In this document: piece by piece, positions 56,434-64,000 of the stretch | Layout of the letters: the number at the start of each line of letters is the position of its first letter | Numbering within the stretch: position 1 is the stretch's first letter | Assembly (NCBI GenBank): GCA_964470695.1 | Contig: CAYYDR010000001.1 | Location: 10,638-74,637, forward strand | Direction: 5' to 3' | DNA length: 64,000 nt | Source: an uncultured Gammaproteobacteria bacterium | Lineage (GTDB): Bacteria > Patescibacteriota > Patescibacteriia > Patescibacteriales > UBA12465 | Made by a program: the position numbers and the translations under genes | The notes under the pieces: generated by a model | The model's input: only the letters and a program-made list of their open reading frames with translations | Told to the model about the DNA's origin: nothing | Databases searched by the model: none

Positions 56434-56934
56434 ATGAAAACTTTAATTACTCTTAACCCAGAAAATGCTTCAGATGAGGAAATTGCTAAATTTCGTGTCC
56501 GTGAGGCGGCTCGCGCCGTTGTTTATGATAAGGACGGGAAAATTGCCGTTCTATATGTCTCTAAAGAAAATTATCATAAGCTCCCGGGTGGCGGAATTAA
56601 AGCTGGCGAAGATATTGATCAGGCTTTGAAGCGAGAATGTTTAGAGGAAATTGGTTGTAATATTGAAGTAATGGGCGAAATCGGCGAGACCATAGAATAC
56701 CGAAAAATGTTTGGCTTAAAACAAATTTCCTATGTCTATTTAGCTAATCTAGTCGGGGAAAAGGGAAATCCTAATTATACGGAAAAAGAATTAGCTAATG
56801 GTTTTGAGATTAAATGGTTTTCTTTAGAGGAGGCTTTGAAGGCATTGGAGGCCGATAAGTCATTAGGTAAGGAAGGGGAGTTATATATCGGGCCGAGAGA
56901 TAGGGCAATATTAAGTGCGGTTAAGAATAGATAA
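56434..56934 (+). CDS. NUDIX hydrolase
   Basis: LPGGGIKAGEDIDQALKRECLEEIG Nudix box. Confidence 0.9.
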   Translation: MKTLITLNPENASDEEIAKFRVREAARAVVYDKDGKIAVLYVSKENYHKLPGGGIKAGEDIDQALKRECLEEIGCNIEVMGEIGETIEYRKMFGLKQISYVYLANLVGEKGNPNYTEKELANGFEIKWFSLEEALKALEADKSLGKEGELYIGPRDRAILSAVKNR

Positions 56935-57012
56935 ATTATAAATTTTAAATTAAAAACCCGCTCACCAATAAATGATTGTGTGCGGGTTTGTTGTATAGAC
57001 TTTCTTTTTAGG

Positions 57013-57633
57013 CTATTTTGTTAAATTATCGTCTGGGATTTCATTTACATCGTCAGCGCTTTTTGGAAACTGTACGCCCAGGTAGCCGCCCAAGGCCTTA
57101 ATATAGGCGGTTAATTCTTCAACAAATTCCCACTTATCTTTCCAGATAATATTAACGAAGTTGAAATAGTTATCTGATGAAAAGTGATTGAGGTTTATGT
57201 TTCTGTCAGGAATTAAGACCGACATTCTTTCAAAGACGCTGACATATATTAAAGTGCCGTTGTGTTTAGCAGTCATTTGTACGCCGCCGGTAAAGAACGA
57301 AGCTTGTGCTCTTTCTAAGACTCGGCGCTGCATTCTTTTATTGCTTATCACGAATCTTCGGCAAGCGGGAATTTTTGAAATTACTAAACCAAATATTCCG
57401 GAAGCTACGACATCAATTAAGGACACGATTCCGCCGTTCCAACCGTTAATGGTCGTAAGGACTAGTTGCAGCACTAATCCGATAAGAATCATGATGAACG
57501 TCCATATCCAGCCAGCATCGGAATAAGAGCTAGATCTGTCCGTTACCTTCCAGGCAATTTCCGCTGAGGTTATTGCTTCAGCTTCTTCAATGGCCTTTTT
57601 AATTTTTTTCTGGTCTTCTGATGTGAGTTTCAA
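57013..57633 (-). CDS. TPM-domain membrane protein
   Basis: IEEAEAITSAEI, NGTLIYVSVFER, DVNEIPD. Confidence 0.8.
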   Translation of the reverse strand: MKLTSEDQKKIKKAIEEAEAITSAEIAWKVTDRSSSYSDAGWIWTFIMILIGLVLQLVLTTINGWNGGIVSLIDVVASGIFGLVISKIPACRRFVISNKRMQRRVLERAQASFFTGGVQMTAKHNGTLIYVSVFERMSVLIPDRNINLNHFSSDNYFNFVNIIWKDKWEFVEELTAYIKALGGYLGVQFPKSADDVNEIPDDNLTK

Positions 57634-57670
57634 TTTGTTTCTCCTTTTCGTTTTAATTTTTTATTAGTTA

Positions 57671-58555
57671 TTACCAGCTTCCGCTACATCCGCCGCCACC
57701 AAAACTTCCGCCGCCACCGGAAAATCCGCCGCCGGAGAATCCGCTTGATCCGCCGCCGAATGAAGACCCGCTTGATCCGCCACTCCCTTCTAACCAGGCT
57801 TCAACTATATACCGGGCTAACCAACAAATGGCAAATCCGGCTATGGCCATGCCAAACATTATGACTGGGTCAAATCCCCAGAAGAGGGGCCAAGTAATGG
57901 GATAGGCTATGGCGCCGCAAATGCCACTAACTATACCGCTATCTGCACCTATGCCAATAAATCCAGCAATGAAAGCAATAATACCGAGGGTGATTAAGAA
58001 CCAGGTCGTATTGTTTTTCTTCTCAACTTCTTTCTTGACCGATTCAAATTCTCCAGCAATGGTTAATATGATTGCGTCAACTGTTGCCTTGATAGCATCA
58101 TCAAAGTCAGGATGTTTTGCCTTAACTTCAGGCATGAAGCAATGTTCCTTAATATAGAAGCAGGACCCGTCAGGCAGAGCGCCTTCTAAACCGTATCCGA
58201 CCTCTATTCTAAATTGCTTTTCTTTTTTGGCAATGGTTATTAGAACGCCATTGTTTTTGTCTTTTTGTCCTATTCCCCAAGCGGTAGCAATTTTATAGGA
58301 GTATTGTTCAATAGTTGTTTCCTCTCCCATGCTTTCAACCGTCAGGACTACTATTTGAGTAGAGGTAGAGCCTTCATACTTAGTTAGCTTATTTTCAAGT
58401 GAATCACGCGTTTCTTGATTAAATAAGTCCGCGTAATCATTGACGTGTCCCTTTAATTCAGGGATAACTTGGCTATAATCTGGTTCGTTTCCAGATTGCG
58501 AACAACCAAACAAAAATAGCGCTGTTAAAACGATGAATGTGATTTTCCCTTTCAC
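57671..58555 (-). CDS. TPM-domain (YgcG-like) lipoprotein with Gly-rich tail
   Basis: Lipobox LFGC, VNDYAD, WGIGQKDKNNGVL, RIEVGYGLEG, GGGSFGGGG.SGSW. Confidence 0.88.
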   Translation of the reverse strand: MKGKITFIVLTALFLFGCSQSGNEPDYSQVIPELKGHVNDYADLFNQETRDSLENKLTKYEGSTSTQIVVLTVESMGEETTIEQYSYKIATAWGIGQKDKNNGVLITIAKKEKQFRIEVGYGLEGALPDGSCFYIKEHCFMPEVKAKHPDFDDAIKATVDAIILTIAGEFESVKKEVEKKNNTTWFLITLGIIAFIAGFIGIGADSGIVSGICGAIAYPITWPLFWGFDPVIMFGMAIAGFAICWLARYIVEAWLEGSGGSSGSSFGGGSSGFSGGGFSGGGGSFGGGGCSGSW

Positions 58556-58798
58556 TGCTATCTCCTTACATGTTTGTGAATTATTAGTTATTTTTACTGA
58601 TTTGTAAGATTTAAGCTATAGTTAGCTAAATTAGGTGTGGGCTTAAGTCACAAATTAGTAAAAATAACCTGTTTTTAAAGAATTAATTATTGTACATTAT
58701 TTTAGCATATTTGTCAATAGTACTTGTTAATTTTATTGAAAATTAAAAACCCTCAATTTGATATAATTGAGGGTTTCTGGTTGTATATGGTAATAGTT

Positions 58799-59836
58799 TT
58801 ATTGTTCAATTCCCATGATGGCCGCCGCTCGGGAGGAGTCTACTTCGCCGACAAAATTACTTTCCATCAATTTTTTTATTTCCCCATAAGGAGTATTCTG
58901 CCCTAATAGCCACATTAATTTTGTACTCATCGCCTCCATACACATATCAAAAGCTTGGATAACCCCAGTTTGCAAAGCTTTTAGTCCGACATCATTAATT
59001 CCCATAACAGTAGCGCCGCCTGGGCATTGAGTCGTAACGACTACTGGGACTTCTTTTTTCTTAGCGTATAATAGGGCCTCTTCAAAATCATAGGGAATAT
59101 CGCCAGAGCCGTAAGCTCGTAAAATAAAGCCACGCGTCCCTGAGTCAATTAAATTTTTTAGAAAATCAGCTCGTAAGCCCGGAATTAAAGTTAGGCAGAC
59201 AATTTGTTCCACAAATTTACTTTGCACTTTAAGGGGCTCTTCGTGGCGTGGTTGTTTAAAATTAAAAATAGTGCCAACGCCGATTTCACCAAAATCTTTT
59301 TGATTAAAAGTTCGGAAAGCATCTAACTCTGACTCGCTGACTTTTTTGGCGCGGCAGCCTCTAATAATTTTACTGCCGAAAACGACAAAGACGCCGGCTA
59401 AGTTTAGAGTGGAAAGTCTTAAGGCATTGATGAAGTTGTTGCGGGCGTCAGTAGAAAGAGATTCCGCCGGAATTTGCGCGCCGGTTAAAACGACTGGCTT
59501 GCCGATATTAGGCAGAGCAAAAGATAGAGCGGCCGAGCAGTAAGCCATAGTATTAGTCCCCATGGTGACCACAAATCCGTCGTAATCATTATATTTTTTG
59601 GCAATGGTGTCGGCAATTCTGGTCCACTGGGCGCTAGTCATGTTGGTGCTATCAATATTATCAATAAATTCAATATCAACCTCGCAAATTTGGGAAAAAC
59701 GCGGCTCTAATTTTAGTAATTGATCATAACCATGTGAAACATCTAAAGCCTTAGTTTCATCATTTTTATGCATGGATATGGTCCCGCCGCAAAATAGAAG
59801 AAGAGTTTTACTCATATATTTATAATTAATTATCAA
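58799..59836 (-). CDS. ansA: Type I (cytoplasmic) L-asparaginase family (true start probably 59815)
   Basis: GGTISM, IDSTNM, GTNTMAY, KPVVLTGAQ, YGSGDIP, TTQC. Confidence 0.85.
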   Translation of the reverse strand: MIINYKYMSKTLLLFCGGTISMHKNDETKALDVSHGYDQLLKLEPRFSQICEVDIEFIDNIDSTNMTSAQWTRIADTIAKKYNDYDGFVVTMGTNTMAYCSAALSFALPNIGKPVVLTGAQIPAESLSTDARNNFINALRLSTLNLAGVFVVFGSKIIRGCRAKKVSESELDAFRTFNQKDFGEIGVGTIFNFKQPRHEEPLKVQSKFVEQIVCLTLIPGLRADFLKNLIDSGTRGFILRAYGSGDIPYDFEEALLYAKKKEVPVVVTTQCPGGATVMGINDVGLKALQTGVIQAFDMCMEAMSTKLMWLLGQNTPYGEIKKLMESNFVGEVDSSRAAAIMGIEQ

Positions 59837-59845
59837 TAGAGATTA

Positions 59846-60688
59846 TCAAATTAATAGAGATAAGACAAGGATAAGACTGGCCGCCAATAATTTTTTTAAA
59901 GTGGGCTTTTCTTTTAGAAAAATGATGCTGAGAATAAAAACAAAAATTGGCGTGATGTTGCCTAAGGTTAAAGTTACGCCCGCGCTGCCTCGTGATAAAG
60001 CCCAATATAATAGTACCCATTGTGTGATAACAAATAAACCGCGGAAAAATATCATACGGTACTGGCGGACGGAAATTTTATTTATTGTGAATTTAAAAAA
60101 TAGCACAGAAAATAGAGCAATTAGCATGGCTCTAAACATATAAAGAGTCGGAGCATTAGTAGCCTGAGCAGCGTCTAGTAGGTATTTAGAGGGGATGGCG
60201 GACAATCCAAATAGTATTGATGATAATAAGGCTGGCCATAAAGTAACTTTTTTGAATTGACGGAAATTATCCAGATCAACAGAAAATAAAATTATTAATA
60301 CTAGAATTATTAAACATAATATTATACTGCGCGGGCTAGCCAGGTCGCTTAACAAGAGCCAGCTAAAAAGAAATGTAAAGCCAGGCGCCAGAGATAACAA
60401 GGGCGAGGCAACACTGGCATCGGTATTCTCAAAAGTTTGAAAATAAAAATAATTGGCGGCCGTATCAACTAAAGCAATTATCAGCAGCAAGGCGATATTG
60501 ATAGCCGTCGGTTTAAATTGATAAAAAAATGGAGACAGAAGTAGAAGGACTGCCCCCATGGTGAAAAAATTTATGGCTAGAATGTCACGCGTTTTTAGGT
60601 CCTTTAGAATAGTTCTAGCTAGCAGATTGGCAATGGCCGCAAAAAAAGCGGAAATTATGGAAATGGTGGTGAAATTAAAAAAAGTCAT
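59846..60688 (-). CDS. EamA/DMT family transporter
   Basis: Ten TM helices in two repeats; SVASPLLSLAP, IFLKEK. Confidence 0.85.
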   Translation of the reverse strand: MTFFNFTTISIISAFFAAIANLLARTILKDLKTRDILAINFFTMGAVLLLLSPFFYQFKPTAINIALLLIIALVDTAANYFYFQTFENTDASVASPLLSLAPGFTFLFSWLLLSDLASPRSIILCLIILVLIILFSVDLDNFRQFKKVTLWPALLSSILFGLSAIPSKYLLDAAQATNAPTLYMFRAMLIALFSVLFFKFTINKISVRQYRMIFFRGLFVITQWVLLYWALSRGSAGVTLTLGNITPIFVFILSIIFLKEKPTLKKLLAASLILVLSLLI

Positions 60689-60937
60689 ATTTTATATATT
60701 GTTTTTCTTAATAATAACATGGAATCAAGAAGTAATAAATGAGCCAATTTTTGATGTTTTTGATAAATAAGTTTTTTAATTAATATTAAGCAAAAATATA
60801 GGTAATTGTTGTCATTTTTATGATTATTGACTCTTTTACTATTGACAATTATCAGTATATTATGGTAATCTTGAAAATTAAACTAAGTTCTCTAAAATCA
60901 AAAAATATCAATTCATAACCAATAATAAGGAGGCCCT

Positions 60938-61993
60938 ATGTTTCTATTTAGTAATCCCGACATAGAAGAAGTAGACCACCTCTTTATTTGTTCGGGGTGG
61001 CACCACTTTAATGATATGTTTCCGTTCTTTAAGTCGCTTAATTGTCCTCATAAATACTATTTTAGTGACACTGGTAGCAGCGAAACATTTTCTATGGAGG
61101 ATTTTGATAGATTTACTTCTAGACGGAAGAAAGTGATTTTGTATTTTTCTTCCCTCAAGTTAGAAGCGATAGTCAACAAGCTCCTCAAAATTTACGACGA
61201 AATAAAATTCGTTAGACTATTCCATGGTATTGCTGGTCCTTGGGCTAAATTTATCCAATCGCCTAGTGGATTAGTTGATGTCGCAGTAGCTGCTTCAGAA
61301 TTAGACGCCGATTTTATCAGGAGATATTCTGATTATCGCGTAGAAATCATCGGTTGGCCCAAGGGAGAAAATTTTTATAATAATAATTGTCTCCATAATA
61401 AACCAATAATTCCTAATTCTGTGCTCGTGGCTTCAAATTGGACAAGAGAAAGGGGCGACTTAAGAATTTGTGATTATATCAATGACTTGAGCGGCCTAGA
61501 CAGAACTTTTATGATTCATCCTCGCATAGAGTTATCACACTCTAGCCAAAGAGGAATGCCGGCAGATTATATTAGTGCCCAGTTTAAAAAAATGGACCCT
61601 TCACTAGTTAAAGTGGTTAGATGCCCCAAAGGCGTGCTAGAACACATGAGAGACAGAGCTGTGCTTATGGGCGTAGTTTCTTCCTCATCATTTGAGTGGC
61701 TCTTATTTAATAGACCCATTATTTTCTTAAAAAAGTCTGAATATCTGAATTTTGGTCCCGTCCTGGATTACGGAGGCGATATCAAAAAGCAGATATTAGG
61801 ATTACTTAATGGGCCAGATGGGTTTTCTTATTTAAGAGAGCTGGCTCGAAGTAAATTGATGAGCCATTTTGACGGGCAATATGCCACTCGTTTCAATGAT
61901 ATGGTCGGAGATTTAGAAAGGCATTTTATCCCAGCTCGCGTATTTTTTGTGCCTAGTACTTCCGGTCGTAGATTTGCAACTTTAGAGCGTTAA
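60938..61993 (+). CDS. Hypothetical protein, possible GT-B fold (CDP-glycerol glycerophosphotransferase-like)
   Basis: LFHG, IIGWPK, MIHP, SSSSFEWLLFNRPIIF pattern. Confidence 0.55.
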   Translation: MFLFSNPDIEEVDHLFICSGWHHFNDMFPFFKSLNCPHKYYFSDTGSSETFSMEDFDRFTSRRKKVILYFSSLKLEAIVNKLLKIYDEIKFVRLFHGIAGPWAKFIQSPSGLVDVAVAASELDADFIRRYSDYRVEIIGWPKGENFYNNNCLHNKPIIPNSVLVASNWTRERGDLRICDYINDLSGLDRTFMIHPRIELSHSSQRGMPADYISAQFKKMDPSLVKVVRCPKGVLEHMRDRAVLMGVVSSSSFEWLLFNRPIIFLKKSEYLNFGPVLDYGGDIKKQILGLLNGPDGFSYLRELARSKLMSHFDGQYATRFNDMVGDLERHFIPARVFFVPSTSGRRFATLER

Positions 61994-62156
61994 AAGACTG
62001 TTATATTTTTTAAAACAGTCTTTTTTATTTTTTGATTTAGATTATTTCCATTATTGACTTATCACGGAGATTAAGTAGACTTAATCTATAATATATGGTG
62101 CTTATTAAATTTAAACAAAGTAGTTATTTAACAAATAAAATACATTAGGAGGTAGT

Positions 62157-63275
62157 ATGGAAAAGCAAAATACTGTCTTACCAAGCTTGAAGATTGGCAA
62201 CAAAATAGTGCCTGTTCCGATAGTTTTGGGTCCAATGGGGGCCGGAGTATCTCTGGCTGAATTAGTAGCCAGCGTCGCTAACGAAGGCGGGGCTGGAATT
62301 TTGTCGGTTGTATGTATTAGAAAGATTTGGTCAGACCGACTTAATCGAGCAGTTTCAACCTATGAGGCCGTTGGTTTAGAAATCCAAAAAACCAGAGAAC
62401 TGAGTCCAAATGGGGTAATAGGCATGAACGTTATGGTCGCCGTACAGCGCGACTATCAAGATTCAATCCGATCAGCCATTGATAATAAGATTGATTTCAT
62501 TACCATTGGCGCTGGTCTAATTGGCGATTTACCGGTTATGGATTATCCCCACGAAACATTTATTGCGGTTATTGTATCCAGCGCTAGAGCACTGTCTATA
62601 ATAATTGAAAAATGGAAACGGAATAAATGGGCAGAGCAGGGATATAAATTAGCGGCAGCTATTTTTGAAGGGGATAAAGCCGGTGGTCATCTTGGTTTTA
62701 AGGCCGATCAAATCGGCAAGCCCGAATATAGCATGGAAGCACTTCTGCCCGAAATTAAAAAAGTCGCCCAAGCTAATGGTAATTTTCCCGTTATTGCCGC
62801 AGGCGGCATTTTCACTAATCAAGATATTTTAGACGTCATAGCTCTTGGAGCAGATGGAGTGCAGATGGCTACCCGTTTTATGGCGACTAAAGAATCAAGT
62901 GCTAGTGACGCCTATAAACAGGCCGTTATTGAAACAAATAGTCCTGATGATATTATTGTTTCGTCCGGTTCACCTTGTGGCTTATTATTTAGAGTCTTGG
63001 CCAATTCTCCGATGTATAAAACCCATCTTTTGGCCGGTCGTCCACCCCTTTGCGATAAAGGATTTTTATTGAGAAGGGATGCTAACGGCAAATATACAAT
63101 TTGTCCGGCTAAAAATAATAACAAAGATTTCTTTTGCATCTGTAATGGTCTTGGTGCTTCTTGTGGCCATAACATCGGCGAGGAAGATTTGTATACCGGG
63201 GGCGCAAACGCTTACCGGATTACAAGGATTGAAACAGTTAAAGAAGTTATGAACGAACTCAAGGGTTTAGTTTGA
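62157..63275 (+). CDS. Nitronate monooxygenase/FabK-like FMN oxidoreductase
   Basis: PIVLGPMGAGVS, EGDKAGGHLG, PVIAAGGI, GADGVQMATRF..ES, C-terminal FCICNGL. Confidence 0.85.
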   Translation: MEKQNTVLPSLKIGNKIVPVPIVLGPMGAGVSLAELVASVANEGGAGILSVVCIRKIWSDRLNRAVSTYEAVGLEIQKTRELSPNGVIGMNVMVAVQRDYQDSIRSAIDNKIDFITIGAGLIGDLPVMDYPHETFIAVIVSSARALSIIIEKWKRNKWAEQGYKLAAAIFEGDKAGGHLGFKADQIGKPEYSMEALLPEIKKVAQANGNFPVIAAGGIFTNQDILDVIALGADGVQMATRFMATKESSASDAYKQAVIETNSPDDIIVSSGSPCGLLFRVLANSPMYKTHLLAGRPPLCDKGFLLRRDANGKYTICPAKNNNKDFFCICNGLGASCGHNIGEEDLYTGGANAYRITRIETVKEVMNELKGLV

Positions 63276-63394
63276 AATAGAAACCCGAAGCCTGGATGAA
63301 TAATCCAGGTTTTTTATTTGCTCTAGCTATTATGATATAATATATTAAAGATTAGGCTTTTGTAGAAAGTTAAGCTGGTTTAAAAATAATCATT

Positions 63395-63928
63395 ATGAAA
63401 AAAATTATAGTTGCCTCAAAAAATCCGGTTAAACTTAAAGCTGCTTTAATTGGCTTTAGTAAAATGTTCCCTAAGGAAAAATTTGTTATTGAAGCGGTCT
63501 CAGCACCTTCCGGCGTTAGCGATCAGCCGCAGAACGAGGCCGAGGCTTTGCAGGGCGCTATTAATAGAATAAAAATAATTCAAAGAGCTAATCCAAAAGC
63601 TGATTTCTATGTTGGTATGGAGGGCGGTATAGAAGAAAAACATGGCGGTATGGAGGCCTATGCCTGGATAGTTATAAAGTCGCGCGAGGGAGTAGTCGGT
63701 AAAGGGAAGACCTGTACTATTTATTTGCCCGAGAAAATTAGGCAATTAATTAAGAAAGGCAAAGAATTGGGCGAGGCTGATGATATTGTTTTCGGCCAGA
63801 AAAATTCTAAACAGAAAAATGGCGCGGTCGGCATTTTGACCGGGAATATTATTACTAGGACCAAATCTTATGCTGAAGCGGTTGTTTGCGCTTTAATCCC
63901 TTTCAAAAATAAAAAACTATATTCTTGA
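63395..63928 (+). CDS. yjjX: Non-canonical purine NTP phosphatase (ITPase/XTPase) YjjX
   Basis: ASKNPVK, SGVSDQP, GAINR, GMEGG, ELG..D, GAVGILT. Confidence 0.9.
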   Translation: MKKIIVASKNPVKLKAALIGFSKMFPKEKFVIEAVSAPSGVSDQPQNEAEALQGAINRIKIIQRANPKADFYVGMEGGIEEKHGGMEAYAWIVIKSREGVVGKGKTCTIYLPEKIRQLIKKGKELGEADDIVFGQKNSKQKNGAVGILTGNIITRTKSYAEAVVCALIPFKNKKLYS

Positions 63929-64000
63929 AATATTAGGGAAAATTTAGGAAAAGGCGGTTTTTGGAGTGGTTATTTTTTGTTACTATTGACATTTTATCAA

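Noticed and set aside
50846-56934. Integron cassette array
   Set aside because: Unrelated short genes, but no intI and no attC-type RYYYAAC...GTTRRRY structures recognised; spacers look like terminators and promoters
57671-57790. GC-rich CCGCCGCC repeats
   Set aside because: Simply the Gly/Ser-rich tail of the TPM protein
3141-63745. Numerous 60-130 aa ORFs antisense to or nested in long genes (e.g. 7072-7470, 18349-18732, 25002-25310, 37401-37706, 57188-57526)
   Set aside because: They overlap well-supported genes and show no motifs or initiation signals
1-64000. CRISPR array, rRNA, IS/transposase or prophage structural genes
   Set aside because: No regularly spaced repeats, rRNA-like sequence, transposase or phage motifs seen
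1-64000. Alternative genetic code (UGA = Gly, code 25)
   Set aside because: Conserved genes translate full length under code 11, and some genes end in TGA

Overview
AT-rich bacterial chromosome segment (standard code 11) spanning the replication origin (pheT-pheS-valS ... yidC-yidD-rnpA-rpmH <- -> dnaA-oriC-dnaN). Gene content (short monoderm-type YidC, CPR-type pilin, VanW protein, stand-alone PEP-mobile domain, Elp3, membrane PPase) suggests a Patescibacteria/CPR (Parcubacteria-like) genome; this is an inference. The window holds mostly housekeeping genes, 6 tRNAs (including a rare tRNA-Ile UAU) and tmRNA, followed by an accessory region from about 47 kb. Best leads: (1) a ~3.7 kb integrase-less island bounded by a duplicated tRNA-Gly 3' end, encoding a membrane KAP P-loop NTPase fused to a near-intact copy of primary sigma factor region 4, a candidate decoy-type anti-phage sensor; (2) an Elp3 plus a Trm9/ALKBH8-like methyltransferase, suggesting a eukaryote/archaea-type wobble-U (cm5U to mcm5U) pathway; (3) a leaderless 20-codon uORF with mutually exclusive antiterminator/terminator hairpins ahead of a VUT transporter-CofE-like ligase-glyA-folD cluster; (4) a recurring boxA-like motif plus strong SD in leaders of accessory genes, whereas several core genes appear leaderless. 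All calls come from reading motifs by eye; no database search was run.
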